Source of the DNA: Mustelus asterias
Lineage: Eukaryota
Reading direction: 5' to 3'
NCBI RefSeq assembly: GCF_964213995.1
Contig: NW_027590210.1
Coordinates: 620,001-684,000 of the forward strand
Length of the DNA stretch: 64,000 nt
The notes under the pieces were generated by a model, which did no database searches, had not been told where the DNA came from, and saw nothing but the letters and a program-made list of their open reading frames with translations. The position numbers were made by a program, and so were the translations under genes. Shown in pieces: positions 1 to 12,567 of the stretch; position 1 is the first letter of the stretch; each line of letters starts with the position of its first letter.

Positions 1-39
1 CAGTCCTGGATACGATTAACAGAAAAATCCAATCACTGT

Positions 40-371
40 AATTCGTTGTAAACTCACTGGTGACTCAGCAATGTGGATAGCCGACTGGATCTCTTCCAAA
101 ACTCAGAGCAGTTGAATGGTCTCTCCCCGGTGTGAACTCACTGGTGTGTAATCAGCTGGGAAGACTGAGTGAATCCGCTCACGCACTCAGAGCAGGTGAA
201 CGGCCTCTCCCCAGTGTGAGTTTCCCGCTTTAACGGGTAACTGAGTCTCTCCTCACATTCTCCACATTTCCACGGCTTCTCCCTGATGTGACTGTTACTG
301 TGAACGGTGCCGTTTCCTTCCAAGTTCAAAATTCTCTGCTTTGCAGGTTGTGACAAATTGTGCGGCTTCAC
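40..371 (-). pseudogene. Degenerate C2H2 zinc-finger array remnant
   Basis: ORF 138..371 has KPWKCGEC and [12 protein letters not shown] motifs, with a deleted finger and a stop; further decayed finger sequence runs down to about position 40. Confidence 0.7.
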
Positions 372-544
372 CCAGTCCTGATCTGATGTTTTGTGTGAGT
401 TTGCTGACCCTAAATCCTCCCCTTCTCAACCCAATATTAACACCGATAACAGGGCTGGAGTTATTTTTCGATTCAGCAGAAACAGATCCAAATGAACATG
501 GTTCAGTCCTGAATATAATTAACTGCAAAAGTCAAACGTAATAG

Positions 545-1144
545 TTACTTGTGAATTTGCTGGTGTTTCAGCAGCCTGGATGAGGCAGTGTATCCCTTCC
601 CACACTGGGAACAAATGAATGGCCTCTCCCCAGTGCGAACCCTTTGGTGATTTACCAATGTGCATGATTGACTGAATCCCTTCCCACACAAACAGCAGGT
701 GAATGGCCTCTCCCCAGTGTGAGTTCGCTGGTGTTTCAGCAGATGAGATGAGGTAGTGAATCCCTTCCCACACTGGGAGCAGGTGAATGGCCTCTCCCCA
801 GTGTGAGTTCGCTGGTGTTTCAGCAGATGAGATGAGGTAGTGAATCCCTTCCCACACTGGGAGCAGGTGAATGGCCTCTCCCCAGTGTGAGCTCGCTGGT
901 GTAGTGCGAGGTTAGATGACCGATTGAATCCCTTCCCACACTGGGAGCAGGTGAATGGTCTCACCCTGGTGTGAATGCGCCGATGAATCTCCAGCTGGGA
1001 TGGGTAATCAAATCCCTTCCCACCGTCCCCACATTTCCACGGCTTTCTCCCTGTCATGACTGCAATTATGTCCCGAAAGGCTGGATGATTGGTTGAAATC
1101 TTGTCCACACACAGAATATGTGTGCAGTTTCTCTCCAAGGTCAA
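545..1144 (-). CDS. C2H2 zinc-finger array, 6 fingers (2 degenerate); possibly a pseudogene
   Basis: Repeated C-x2-C...H-x3-H with TGERPF linkers. Finger 1 is CGDG and finger 5 ends RVR, so zinc ligands are lost in both. Confidence 0.75.
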   Translation of the reverse strand: MTLERNCTHILCVDKISTNHPAFRDIIAVMTGRKPWKCGDGGKGFDYPSQLEIHRRIHTRVRPFTCSQCGKGFNRSSNLALHQRAHTGERPFTCSQCGKGFTTSSHLLKHQRTHTGERPFTCSQCGKGFTTSSHLLKHQRTHTGERPFTCCLCGKGFSQSCTLVNHQRVRTGERPFICSQCGKGYTASSRLLKHQQIHK

Positions 1145-1429
1145 CGGTGCATTTTTCTTCCATGTCCAAAATATTTAGGTTATGGTAAATCGGCCGATTC
1201 AATTGGGTTCTGATATTATATTTGCTTTCAGTTTCCAGATTGTAAATCCTTCTCTTCCAGAACCCTGTGAAATTGATTTAAAACAGAATCAAGGGAGTGA
1301 GAGAGAACCCACAAAAACACAAAAGTGGGTTGTGAAATTGAGCTGAATGAATCTGGGTTGGTGCTCGGAGAAAGTGACCATGAAAACTGCTGGATTGTAA
1401 TAAAACCCCAACTTTAAAACTTTCCACCT

Positions 1430-1495
1430 CAGTGACATCGCCCGACTCCACCCCAGTCGCAGCTCATCTGGGACCCTCACCCATTCCATTGTGAT
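1430..1495 (+). mobile_element. L2/CR1-group LINE RT C-terminal fragment
   Basis: Translates as (FHL)SDIARLHPSRSSSGTLTHSIV, resembling the L2 'HLRNIARxRP..L.HAFVTSRLDY' motif; the same fragment occurs inverted at 17403-17474. Confidence 0.5.
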
Positions 1496-1529
1496 GCGGA
1501 ACTCAGGGGAATGGGACTGACTGAATTGC

Positions 1530-1796
1530 TGTAAGAAGTTTAACAACACCAGGTTAAAGTCCAACAGGTTTATTTGGTAGCAAAAGCCACACAAGCTTTC
1601 GGAGCTCCAAGCCCCTTCTTCAGGTGAGTGGGAATTCTGTTCACAAACAGGGCAGATAAAGACACGGACTCAATTTACATGAATAATGGTTTGAATGCGA
1701 ATACTTACAACTAATCAAGTCTTTAAGATACAAACAACGTGAGTGGAGAGAGCATCAAGACAGGCTAAAAAGATGTGTATTGTCTCCAGACAAGAC
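1530..1796 (-). mobile_element. Penelope-like terminal repeat (pLTR), solo copy
   Basis: Reverse complement of the 3' terminal region (about 10250-10520) of the GIY-YIG element. Confidence 0.8.
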
Positions 1797-2346
1797 GTCT
1801 CCACAGACATGTCTTTATAACTCGTATTTTAATACTGACTTTAACAAATATATTTTAAATAGGTTTATTTTAAATGAGTTAAAACCAGCCTTAAAATGGT
1901 AGATATAGTATAATAACCATCGTACTTTTCAGACTGGAAACTTTAACCTGCTGTTTCACTTTCATTTAGGAGCAGATCCCAGTTTTACACCAATCTCTGA
2001 TTCATGTATCCAGCATTCACCGTCATTCTAAAAGCAGAAGTTGCTGCAAAATCTCAGTACGTCTGACAGAATCTGTAAAGACAGGAACAGTTAATGTTTC
2101 CAGTTGAATGTGACTCTTCTTCAGTGTCAAAACATTAGCTCTGTTTCTCTCTCCGGAGATGCTGTCAGACCTGCTGAGTTTTTACAGCACTTCTTGTTTT
2201 TATTTACGAGTTCAGGACTCAGACAAAGACAATCCACAATACAAATCTTACAACTGGGCCGGGGTTTATTAACATCAGCAGAAACAGACACCAATGAAAA
2301 TGGTTGGGACCTCGATGTGATTAACAGCAAAATTCAGTGCTTGCAG

Positions 2347-3003
2347 TCACTCGTGAACCTGATGGTGTTTCAGCAGGTGAGGTGACTGAGTGAATCCCTT
2401 CCCACACACGGAGCAGGTGAATGGCCTGTCCCCAGTGTGAATTCGCTGGTGCTTTACCAGGTGAGGCGACTGAGTGAATCCCTTCCCACACACGGAGCAG
2501 GTGAATGGCCTGTCCCCAGTGTGAATTCGCTGGTGCTTTACCAGGTGAGGTGACTGAGTGAATCCCTTCCCACACACGGAGCAGGTGAATGGCCTGTCCC
2601 CAGTGTGAATTCGCTGGTGCTTTACCAGGTTGGATGATTGACTGAATCCCTTGCCATAATCAGAGCAGGTGACTGGTCTCTCCCCGGTGTGAACTCGCTG
2701 GTGCCTCCGCAGGCTGGATGAATCAATAAATCCCTTCCCACAACTGGAGCAAGTGAATGGCCTCTCTCCAGTGTGACTAGGCTGGTGTTTTAGCAGGTTG
2801 AATGACTGAGTAAATCCCTTCCCACACTCGGAGCAGATAAATGGCCTCTCCCGATTATGAATTCTCTGGCGTTTCAGCAGGTCGGATGAATCAGTGAATC
2901 CCTTCCCACAATCAGAGCATCCTCCCCATTGACCAACTGTGAGAATGAACAAAATGCAGTCCTGGGTGTAATTGAGAGCAGAAACAATAACAGCAGAATC
3001 CAA
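2347..3003 (-). CDS. C2H2 zinc-finger array, 7 fingers (2 degenerate), in frame downstream of the 3013..3891 ORF
   Basis: TGE/DRPF-linked fingers; the last three fingers are near-identical 84-bp repeats; the ORF has no ATG of its own. Confidence 0.65.
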   Translation of the reverse strand: MDSAVIVSALNYTQDCILFILTVGQWGGCSDCGKGFTDSSDLLKRQRIHNRERPFICSECGKGFTQSFNLLKHQPSHTGERPFTCSSCGKGFIDSSSLRRHQRVHTGERPVTCSDYGKGFSQSSNLVKHQRIHTGDRPFTCSVCGKGFTQSPHLVKHQRIHTGDRPFTCSVCGKGFTQSPHLVKHQRIHTGDRPFTCSVCGKGFTQSPHLLKHHQVHE

Positions 3004-3012
3004 CCCCTGGAA

Positions 3013-3891
3013 TCACTCGTGAACTCGTTGGTGTCGCAGCAGCTGGGATGAAAGACTGAATCTCTTCTCACACTGAGAGCAGGTGAACGGCTTCTCTCCA
3101 GTGTGAACTCGTTGGTGTATCCGCAGGTTGGATAATCGAGTGAATCCCTTCCCACACTGAGAGCAGATGAATGGCCTCTCCCCAGTGTGAACTCGCTGGT
3201 GTCTCAGCAGGCTGGATGAATCACAGAATCCCTTCCCACACTGAGAGCAGGTGAATGACCTCTCCCCAGTGTGAACTCGCTGGTGTCTCAGCAGGCTGGA
3301 TGAATCACAGAATCCCTTCCCACACTGAGAGCAGGTGAATGGCCTCTCCCCAGTGTGAACTGGCTGGTGCCTCAGCAGGCTGGATGAATCACAGAATCCC
3401 TTCCCACATTGAGAGCAGGTGAACGGTCTCTCCCCAGTGTGAATGCGCTCGTGTGCCCGCAGGCTGGATGACCGAGTGAATCCCTTCCCACACTGAGAGC
3501 AGGTGAATGCCCTCTCCCCAGTGTGAACTCGCTGGTGTGTCTGCAGGCTGGATGACCGAGTGAATCCCTCCCCACACTGAGAGCAGGTGAACGGCCTCTC
3601 CCCAGTGTGAACTCGCTGGTGCCTCCGCAGGTGGAATGAACAAGTGAATCCCTTCCCACACTGAGAGCAGGTGAACGGCCTCTCCCCAGTGTGAACTCGC
3701 TGGTGTGTCCGTAGGTGGGATGAAGAAGTGAATCCCTCCCCACACTGAGAGCAGCTGAATGGCCTCTCCCCAGTGTGGCTGCGGCGATGAGCTTCCAGCA
3801 GAGATGGGGCTCTGTATCCCTTCCCACAGTCCGCACATTTCCACGGTTTCTCCATGGTGCAGGTGTCCTTGCCTCTCTCTTGGGTGGACAA
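3013..3891 (-). CDS. C2H2 zinc-finger protein, 10 fingers, no KRAB seen (first ATG at 3855, MEKPWKC)
   Basis: Ten intact C2H2 fingers with TGERPF linkers; upstream splice acceptor (ttttacag|gatatt) near 4208. Confidence 0.88.
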   Translation of the reverse strand: MSTQERGKDTCTMEKPWKCADCGKGYRAPSLLEAHRRSHTGERPFSCSQCGEGFTSSSHLRTHQRVHTGERPFTCSQCGKGFTCSFHLRRHQRVHTGERPFTCSQCGEGFTRSSSLQTHQRVHTGERAFTCSQCGKGFTRSSSLRAHERIHTGERPFTCSQCGKGFCDSSSLLRHQPVHTGERPFTCSQCGKGFCDSSSLLRHQRVHTGERSFTCSQCGKGFCDSSSLLRHQRVHTGERPFICSQCGKGFTRLSNLRIHQRVHTGEKPFTCSQCEKRFSLSSQLLRHQRVHE

Positions 3892-5524
3892 TCAGTTGAA
3901 GCCTCGTCCACACACAGAACACGGGTACCGTCTCTCCCTGCTGTGAATGGTGTGATATTTATTCAGGCTGTGTAACTGGTTAAAGCTCTTTAGTCAGTGC
4001 ACTGGAAGACTCTCACTCGAGTGTGGCAGTGTGTTGCTGCTTTTCCAGTCACACTGATGTTTGAAATCATTTCAAATCAACAGACCGGACAACCATTTCT
4101 CCTTCTCGATTCAAAGGCCGATGATATTCAGCTCCCAAGGAATATGACTCTCTCAGATCCAGACGTGACGTTTGAGATTTCGGCCGGTGATTCCTCTTTC
4201 AATATCCTGTAAAACAAGTTTACAAAAGTCATCGGTGTCAGTACAGGATAGAAATTCAGAACAGACAGTTCTAGTTTCTATGGAATCTTCTTTCCTCTCT
4301 CATTCCCCAAACAGCTGTAAATTTCCATCCCACACACTCTCCCTCCATTCTCACTCTGCTGTATCTAATATTCACCCTCCCAATTCTCCTGAAGGTGCTG
4401 ATTGAGGCTGATTGACAGATCCATGCTCACTGCTTCCTGTCCTGGACACAGAGACCATAACAACTAGGAGCTGCAGTCGGCCATTTGGCCCATCGAGCCT
4501 TTTCAATTATTCAATGAGATAATTTGTTCATCTACCTCGGCATCATTCTCCCCACACTAAACCCATATCCCTTGATATCTTCAATATCTAGAAACCAATC
4601 AATCTCTCTCTTGAAAATAGTTGATGACTGAGGCTCCACTGTCCTCAGGGGTTGAGAATTCCAAAGCTTTACCACATCCTTGAGTGAAGAAATCCCCCCA
4701 CATCTTAGCTTTTGCTCCATCTTCTTGTCTGTTCCCCATAATCCTTGACACCCTTGTCAGTCAAAGATCTGTCTAACTGGAATATATTCAATGATCCTCA
4801 GCCTCCACTGGTCCCTGTGGAAGAGAAATCCAAAAGACTCACAACCCTCTGAGGGAAGAGACGTCTGGAAATATATAACGTAGCTACAGTTCCATATTAC
4901 AAGATATTCAGATCCCAAGGAATATGACTCTTTCTGGATGTGACGGTTGAGATTTTTGCCTGTGATCCCTCGTTCAAAATCCTGTGAAATGAGTTTGCAA
5001 AAGTCATCACAGTCAGTATAGGATAGAAATTCAGAGCAGACAATTCTAGTTTCTCTGGAATATTCTTTCCTATTTCATTCCCAAAAAGTTTTAAATCTCC
5101 ATCCATATCTATGGATTCTATTTACAAATGAAAGTGGATGGGCACTTGAAGGAAGTAAACTTGCAGGAGAATGGGGATATAGAGTGGGAATGGGACTGGA
5201 ATGTTATACAGAGAGTCAGCATGGACTCGAGTTACCAAAATGGATTCCTTCTGTGCTGTAACGACTTTATGACTGGAAGTGTATAACATCGCTACAGCCT
5301 TATATTACAATGCAAGAAATAATAATAAATGTATTTTATTACAGAAGCATAAAGAATGTATCTAATCTGGGTACCATATAATAACACTAGACATATCTCT
5401 GTCCTATATTAATTTACTGTACGCTTAAATGTCAGCCTTCTCCTGGGGAAAGCTGCCCTTTAATTATGAACATGAGGAAAAAGACCATCCTTTTCGACAG
5501 ACAAATAAATGTGTCAAGCTGAGG

Positions 5525-6010
5525 GAGCAAAGGATGTTCACCAGGCTGATTCAGGGAATCACAGGACTGATGTATGAGGAGAGACTGACGAGGTTAGGAT
5601 TGTTTTCGCTGGAGTTCAGATGAATGAGGGGGGAATCTCAAAGAGACTGATAAAATTCTAACAGGTCGAGACAGGATAGATGCAGGGAGGATGTTCCTGA
5701 TGGAGTCCAGAACTGGGGGGTCACAGTCTGAGGATTCAGGGCAGACCATTTAGGACGGAGGTGAGGAGACATTTCTTCACCCAAAGAGTGGTGAGCCTGT
5801 CGAATTTATTACCACAGGAAGTAGTTGATGCCAAAACATTGAATGTATTCAAGAGGAGCCTGGATAAAGCACTTGGAGCGAATGGGATCAAAGGTTATGG
5901 GGAAAAAGCAGGATTAGGCTATTGAGTTGGGTGATCAGCCATGATTGTAATGAATGGTGGAGCAGGCTCGAAGGGCCAAATGGCCTCCTCCTGCTCCTAT
6001 CTTCTATGTT
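5525..6010 (+). mobile_element. CR1-type LINE 3' fragment
   Basis: QRMFTRLI.G..GL.YEERL.RLGLFSLE.R motif followed by a CR1-like 3' tail. Confidence 0.8.
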
Positions 6011-6199
6011 TCTATATCAATGTCTTTAAGAGAGAGAGAGAGAGACCTGGGCCAACCTTTCCAGAGTCTGCAGCCTCCCTGGATTCACTTCCTTTCTCTT
6101 CAGTTGCTGCAAGTCCCCAATTTCCCCCAGAATGAGAAAATAAATGGAAAGGGGGAGAAAAGAAAGTGTTTTACTCACAGATATTGGCCTTTTTTAGGT

Positions 6200-7709
6200 C
6201 AAAACAAATAAACAAACTCAAGTTAAATCAGGACAAAGTTAAAGGGGCAGCTCCCCAAAAGGAGGGGGAACAGCCCGAAACAGAAATCAAAGTACAAAGG
6301 AAACTTAAAAACATCAAATTAAAATGTGATTATTAGGGTCGATAACGCACCCCAACCCCTGCGGTGCCCAACGGGCACGGAAGGCGTCAACCTCGCCCGT
6401 GGACACCGCCTGCTCCCTCTCCAGGGACACCCGGCCGCGAACGTAGCCGCGGTAGAGGGGCAGACAGTCAGGATGGACGGCCCCCTCGATCGCCCGCTGC
6501 CTGGACCGGTAAATGGCGTGTTTCGCCAGGCCCAGGAGCAGGTTCACGAGGAGGTCGCCATCCCGACCCTCCCCTCTCCGCACCGGGTCTCCGTAGATCA
6601 GGAGCGTGGGACTGAAGTGCAAACAAAACATCAATAAAAGGTTCTTTAGGAAAACACAAAGGGAGTGCAGCCTAAGACACAAAACATAGACATGGTCCAC
6701 GGACTCCACAAGGCCACAGAAGGGGCAAGCTTCGGAGCCCGTGAACCAGTGAATCCTACGGTTGTGCGGAACTGCTGCATGCATCACCCTCCACCCCAGG
6801 TCCCCGACGTAATTGGGGGAGATCCCTCCGTAGAGGGACCTCCAGCGGGGACCTCCGCCGCCCGGCGGCAACAAGGCCCGCCAAGGTGTATCCGGGCGAC
6901 AGGCGAGGAGGCGGTAGTGGAGGGTGTGCAGCAGCAGCCCGCACAGGAAACGCCTCCGCGCGGTAGAAAAAGGCACGGAGGGCATTTCCGCGAGGCAGCT
7001 CAGGCTGTGGGGCACCTCACCCAGGGGAGGGGGCTGAGGCTTTGGGCCAATGTGGAATTCCGCCCGAACAGGGGAACGCTCGGGCGGGATCCCACCGCAC
7101 GCCTGCGCCGTCTCGAGTTTGCGTGCAGTTTCGGGGCCGAGCACGACCGTCCTAAGGTCTAGGATGGCTTTGGCCGTGCGCCAGATGGACGTCCCCGCGC
7201 GCTCAGCCAGCACGCGGGGACTCATCCAGCCCGCCCCTCCGCCATCGAGCACGTCCCCGATTCTGGTCACCCCGGCGTCCACAGCCCCCCTCTCCGCCAG
7301 CCACCTGAAGTCATATGGCTGGAGGAGCGAGAGCCGCTACTCCTGACGGGGGAGAGCTGCATCGTGAGGCGTCCGTGTTCCAGACAGTGAGGAGGTCCTG
7401 GTAAAAGACGGGCAACTCCTGCAGGGTGGTCGAAGCACGCCCCAGTTCGATATGCAGGAGCTGCACGTCATAATTCAGGCCGTGGCAGTGGCGGAAGAAA
7501 TGCGTTGCCATGGCACACCATCGTGGAGAGGGCTCAATGTAAAGGTACCTCTGCAGGGCCTGGAGGCGGAAGGTCGCTATCTGAGTGCGGAGGCACACCA
7601 GACCTTGTCCCCCCTCCTGAAGTGGGAGATGCAGAACCGCAGCAGGGACCCAGTGCAGCCGATTGTCCCAGAAGAACCGCAGGAGGGTTCTCTGGATATT
7701 GGCGACAAA
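6200..7709 (-). mobile_element. Tx1/L1-clade LINE, 3' part of ORF2 (zf-RVT region), frameshifted and 5'-truncated
   Basis: ORFs 6314..7282 and 7311..7598 contain DLGWRVMH, CPFCGLVESVDH...C and LPVFYQDLL..W motifs, typical of Tx1 ORF2 C-termini. Confidence 0.8.
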
Positions 7710-7935
7710 ATGTGGAGATGCCGACGTTGGACTGGGGTGAACCCAGTAAGAAGTCTCACAACACCAGGTTAAAGTCCAACAGGTTTATTTGGTAGCAAAT
7801 ACCATAAGCTTTCGGAGCGCTGCTCCTTCGTCAGATGGAGTGGAAATGTGCTCTCAAACAGGGCACAGAGACACAAAATCAAGTTGCAGAATACTGATTA
7901 GAATGTGAATCCCTAAAGCCAGCCAGGTCTTAATT
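7710..7935 (-). mobile_element. Penelope-like pLTR copy
   Basis: Begins atgtggagatgccg...ggactggggt...caccaggttaaagtccaacagg, as in the other copies. Confidence 0.8.
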
Positions 7936-8689
7936 GGTGACAAAGCTAGGGGGAGGGGTCAAAGGGACCAGCCGGTACCACAGCATGGAGGCGACCAGCT
8001 GGTTTAAGACGAGAACTCGCGCCCGTGAATGGTCACAAACACTCACCTCTGAAACAGTTTAACTGATTTTAATGTTAAAATCTCCTGCTAGAGCCTGCAG
8101 CTGGAAAGATATCAGAAGCATTGGCATCAGAGAAAAATCTCCCAGTTGAGGAAATCCCCGGGGAGCGGGGGTGATGTCACTGTGCAATTGTAAGTATGTG
8201 ATGAGATCACAGACAGGAACACAGAATACCTGGGTCTGTGCAAACCAGTGATCACCACACACATTATGGAGGATGTGAGACTCCTTGACAGGGTGCAGAG
8301 GAGATTTATCAAAATGGTTCCAGGCATGAGGAATTATAGTTACAATGTTAGGCTGGATAACTTGGGGTTGTTCTCCTCGGAGCAAAGTAGATTGATAGAG
8401 GTGTACAAGGGTACATGGAGATGTCAAAGTTTACCTGTTCTGTTTACACCTGTACAAGCTCTGACTATGGGTTATCCAGTTGGTTCTATTCTCTCTCTAC
8501 AGATGCTGTCAGATCTGCTGAGATTGTCCAGCATTTACTGTTTTTATTTCCCTTTCTTTTTCCTTCTCTGCCACCGCTCTGCCTCATCAATAAGACATTG
8601 GGACTCAGGGGGTTGATGCAGTTTGATTGACAAGTTGTCTCCATTCTGAACACTGGGGAACAAGCTCCTCCCACTGATTGACAACATTG

Positions 8690-9110
8690 CCCTCTACAAA
8701 CATGGCGGCCACACGTGCGCACTACCGCATGTTGCCCCCAATAAAGATGGCGAACGTTAACCCGGGACGAACACGAGGAGCTGCAGCCCTGCTCGGTACA
8801 AACTGGGTACGGGAAGCTCTCTTCCGCGGTTTGCGGCTTACACAACATGCTTACGCAGCGTTTCCACCCACCTGGACGATCCATTGCTCTCTCCGTACCG
8901 CCAATCACCTCGAACAGATTTCCGAGCCCAAAACAAAAGCCGCTTTCGATCGCCATTACTCACACTGCGCATGCTCCAGTCAAAGCTGGCCCCGCCCCTC
9001 GTACGCTCCTATTGGTTGGAGGACCGATCGGGAGCGATCGGTCCTCCAGCACTGCCCCCTCTTCCCATTGGTCCGCGCTGCCGTCAATCAGCTGGGCATT
9101 GTGACGGTGA
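8690..9110 (-). promoter_or_regulatory. CpG-rich promoter, probably for the left zinc-finger gene(s)
   Basis: YY1-like AACATGGCGG and AAGATGGCG, NRF1-like TGCGCATGC, GC box, CCAAT boxes and a 14-bp hairpin at 9017-9048; homologous to 16816-16970. Confidence 0.6.
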
Positions 9111-9131
9111 CTTGCTGTTTGTCCAATAATA

Positions 9132-10551
9132 ACAGTAAGAAGTTGAACAACACCAGGTTAAAGTCCAACAGGTTTATTTGGGAGCAAACACCACACAAGC
9201 TTTCGGAGCGCTGCTCCTTCGTCAGGTGAGTGGGAATTCTGTTCACAAACAGGGCATATAAAGACACAAACTCAATTTACAGAATAATGGTTGGAATGCG
9301 AATACTTACAACTGATCAAGTCTCAAAAGTACAAACAATGTGAGTGGAGAGCTTCCACCCTAAACACGTTAAAGAAGCCATCCCCTACGGACAAGCCTTC
9401 TGTACACACAGGATCTGCTCGGATGAGGAGGATCGCAACAGACACCTCCAGATGCTGAAAGATGCTCTCATAAGAACAGGATATAGCGCTCGACTCATCG
9501 ATCGACAGTTCCGGCGCGCCACAGCGAAAAACTGCACCGACCTCCTCAGAAGACAAACACGGGACACGGTGGACAGAGTACCCTTCGTCGTCCAGTACTT
9601 CCCCGGAGCGGAGAAGCTACGGCATCTCCTCCGGAGCCTTCAACATGTCATTGATGAAGACGAACATCTCGCCAAGGCCATCCCCACACCCCCACTTCTT
9701 GCCTTCAAACAACCGCACAACCTCAAACAGACCATTGTCCGCAGCAAACTAGCCAGCCTTCAGGAGAACAGTGACCACGACACCACACAACCCTGCCACA
9801 GCAACCTCTGCAAGACGTGCCGGATCATCGACACAGATGCCATCATCTCACGTGAGAACACCATCCACCAGGTACACGGTACATACTCTTGCAACTCGGC
9901 CAACGTTGTCTACCTGATACGCTGCAGGAAAGGATGTCCCGAGGCATGGTACATTGGGGAAACCATGCAGACACTGCGACAACGGATGAATGAACACCGC
10001 CTGACAATCACCAGGCAAGACTGTTCTCTTCCTGTTGGGGAGCACTTGAGCGGTCACGAGCATTCAGCCTCTGATCTTCGGGTAAGCGTTCTCCAAGGCT
10101 GCCTTCACGACACACGACAGCGCAGAGTCGCTGAGCAGAAACTGATAGCCAAGTTCCGCACACATGAGGACGGCCTCAACCGGGATATTGGGTTCATGTC
10201 ACACTATCTGTAATCCCCACAGCTTGCCTGGACTTGCAGAGTCTCACTGGCTGTCCTGTCTGGAGACAATACACATCTCTTTGACCTGTCTTGATGCTCT
10301 CTCCACTCGCATTGTTTGTACCTTTAAGACTTGATTAGCTGTAAGTATTCGCATTCCAACCACTATTCTGTAAATTGAGTTTGTGTCTTTATATGCCCTG
10401 TTTGTGAACAGAATTCCCACTCACCTGAAGAAGGAGCTTAAGGCTCCGAAAGCTTGTGGCTTTTGCTACCAAATAAACCTGTTGGACTTTAACCTGGTGT
10501 TGTTAAACTTCTTACTGTGTTTACCCCAGTCCAACGCCGGCATCTCCACAT
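9132..10551 (+). mobile_element. Penelope-like retroelement, 5'-truncated, with RT C-terminus/GIY-YIG endonuclease and inverted terminal repeat
   Basis: ORF 9344..10213 has HPKHVKEAIPYGQ and NVVYLIRC...WYIGET...LRQRMNEH...GLN (GIY-YIG); 9132-9350 is an inverted copy of the 3' terminus. Confidence 0.9.
10421..10459 (+). ncRNA. Minimal type I hammerhead-ribozyme-like motif in the Penelope pLTR
   Basis: TCAC-CTGAAGA-A-GGAGC(TTAAG)GCTCC-GAAA-GC-TT-GTGG; stems covary among pLTR copies in this window. Confidence 0.7.
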
Positions 10552-12039
10552 TAGCAATAACAGAGTCTCAGTGTAACAATGACACACACAGGCTCCAATA
10601 CAATCAGAGTGGAGATGGGGCACAGAGACAACACAGCAAAGCACTGACTTACTCTGAGTGTAACAAATACAATGTTTGTTCAAATAATAAGAGTCACGTT
10701 GCAGTATGTTAGCGAACACAGCATTGGATCCAATGTAATGGTAATAGTCAGTATCTCGTGCACCATAACCAAAGTTTTGGTTTCATTTGATGGTGTGAGT
10801 GAGTCGTGATCTATTGATATAATGTATTTAAATTCGATGTGTGTTACTCTGCCACTGTCATTATCAGACAATAACCTGTCTGTTATTCCAATTCTGCTGT
10901 ATTTTACAACTGCAGTTTCAGTGTCTCTGAGGTCATTTTAACTGCAGGTAATCTGACATTAAGGGAGACAAGAGGCCCAACAAACATTTGATTATAATAG
11001 GAGGACAAAGTGTAAGGGAACAATGATATTTTAGGGTGTCTGTGTTGTGGTGAGTGTCACTGGGAGGTGAGTGATAAAATACAAGTGGAAACATCATGAC
11101 AGAGACACATGTGACTGACTCGGCCTGACTGAGAGCTGTTATACTCGAGGCGAGAATATTGAGGACATGGGGAACTCCAGGGATTTCTGATATCTGAGGT
11201 GTATCTGTTAGAGGAACTGAAAATAATCAGTTCCTCCTCATGGTTATCTCCAGTTCGCAAGTTACACAGACACACAGGAAAGAGATCTGACAGCTCATCA
11301 AACCCAATATTTTAATCTTCTGTTTGAGACACATTATAACCGAAAAGTTCAAATATTAAAACCTTCGGAGAGAAACATTCAGAATGTCACAAAGATGAGT
11401 GAACTGTCCAATTCATCCCATTCACCATAACTCTGCCAATTTACCTTCTGCAAGTATTTATCCAATTCCCTTTGAAAGCTACTTTTAAACCTGCTTCTAG
11501 CACCTGTCAGTTTGTGCATTCCAGATCATATCAAGTTATTGTGTAAAACATTCTCCTTATCACCCCCTCCAGTTCTGTTGTTAATTAAATTAAATCTCTG
11601 TGTCCTCTGCTTACAGACCCTCCTGCACCGGGGAAATCGATTCTCTCCATCGACAGACCCTCCTGCTCCTGGGAGATAATTTCTCTCCATTGACACTATC
11701 ATAAATCATTTGTCGTTTTAAACACCTCTATTAAATCTCCCCAGCACATTCCCTGATCTAAGATGGATAACCCATGTTTTTCCTGCCCTGAAGAATTATA
11801 TGGACTCAAAATGTTAACTCTCTCAACAGATGCCACCGGACCTGCCGCGTTTTTCTGCTTTTCTCCCTGTTTTTCCCTCTATAATCAATCAGAAACTCTT
11901 CATGATTTTGAACATCTCGATCAAATAGGAATACACAGAGCCTGAGAGAGATACAGAGGAAAGGAGAGACAGAAAGACTGAGAGAAAAATTGAGAAAGAT
12001 TTTAAAAAGCAGAAAGATGAGGCAGTCAAAGATAAAAGA

Positions 12040-12567
12040 CCATAAGACCATAAGACATAGGAGCGGAAGTAAGGCCATTCGGCCCATCGAGTCCACTCCA
12101 CCATTCAATCATGGTTGATTTCAACTCCATTTACCCGCTCTCTCCCCATAGCCCTTAATTCCTCGAGAAATCAAGAATTTATCAATTTCTGTCTTGAAGA
12201 CGCTCAACGTCTCGGCCTCCACAGCCCTCTGTGGCAATGAATTCCACAGACCCACCACTCTCTGGCTGAAGAAATTTCTCCTCATCTCTGTTCTAAAGTG
12301 ACTCCCTTTTATTCTAAGGCTGTGCCCCCGCGTCCTAGTCTCCCCTGTTAATGGAAACAACTTCCCTACGTCCATCCTATCTAAGCCGTTCATTATCTTG
12401 TAAGTTTCTATCAGATCTCCCCTCAACCTCCTAAACTCCAATGAATATAATCCCACGATCCTCAGACGTTCATCGTATGTCAGGCCTACCATTCCTGGGA
12501 TCATCCGTGTGAATCTCCGCTGGACCCGCTCCAGTGCCAGTATGTCCTTCCTGAGGTGTGGGGCCCA
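12040..12567 (-). mobile_element. CR1-type LINE 3' fragment (young, open frame)
   Basis: ORF 12121..12570 reads WAPHLRKDILALERVQRRFTRMIPGM...TRGHSL...FFSQRVV.LWNSLP, followed by a 3' tail. Confidence 0.9.

Noticed and set aside
519-3922. Alternative-frame ORFs (MWEGIH..., [16 protein letters not shown]...)
   Set aside because: Shadow frames of the 84-bp zinc-finger repeat.
10640-11220. Possible decayed exons on the minus strand (GTAAGT donor near 10650; 'DNDSGR' Ig-like fragment)
   Set aside because: Multiple stops and no recognisable domain pattern.
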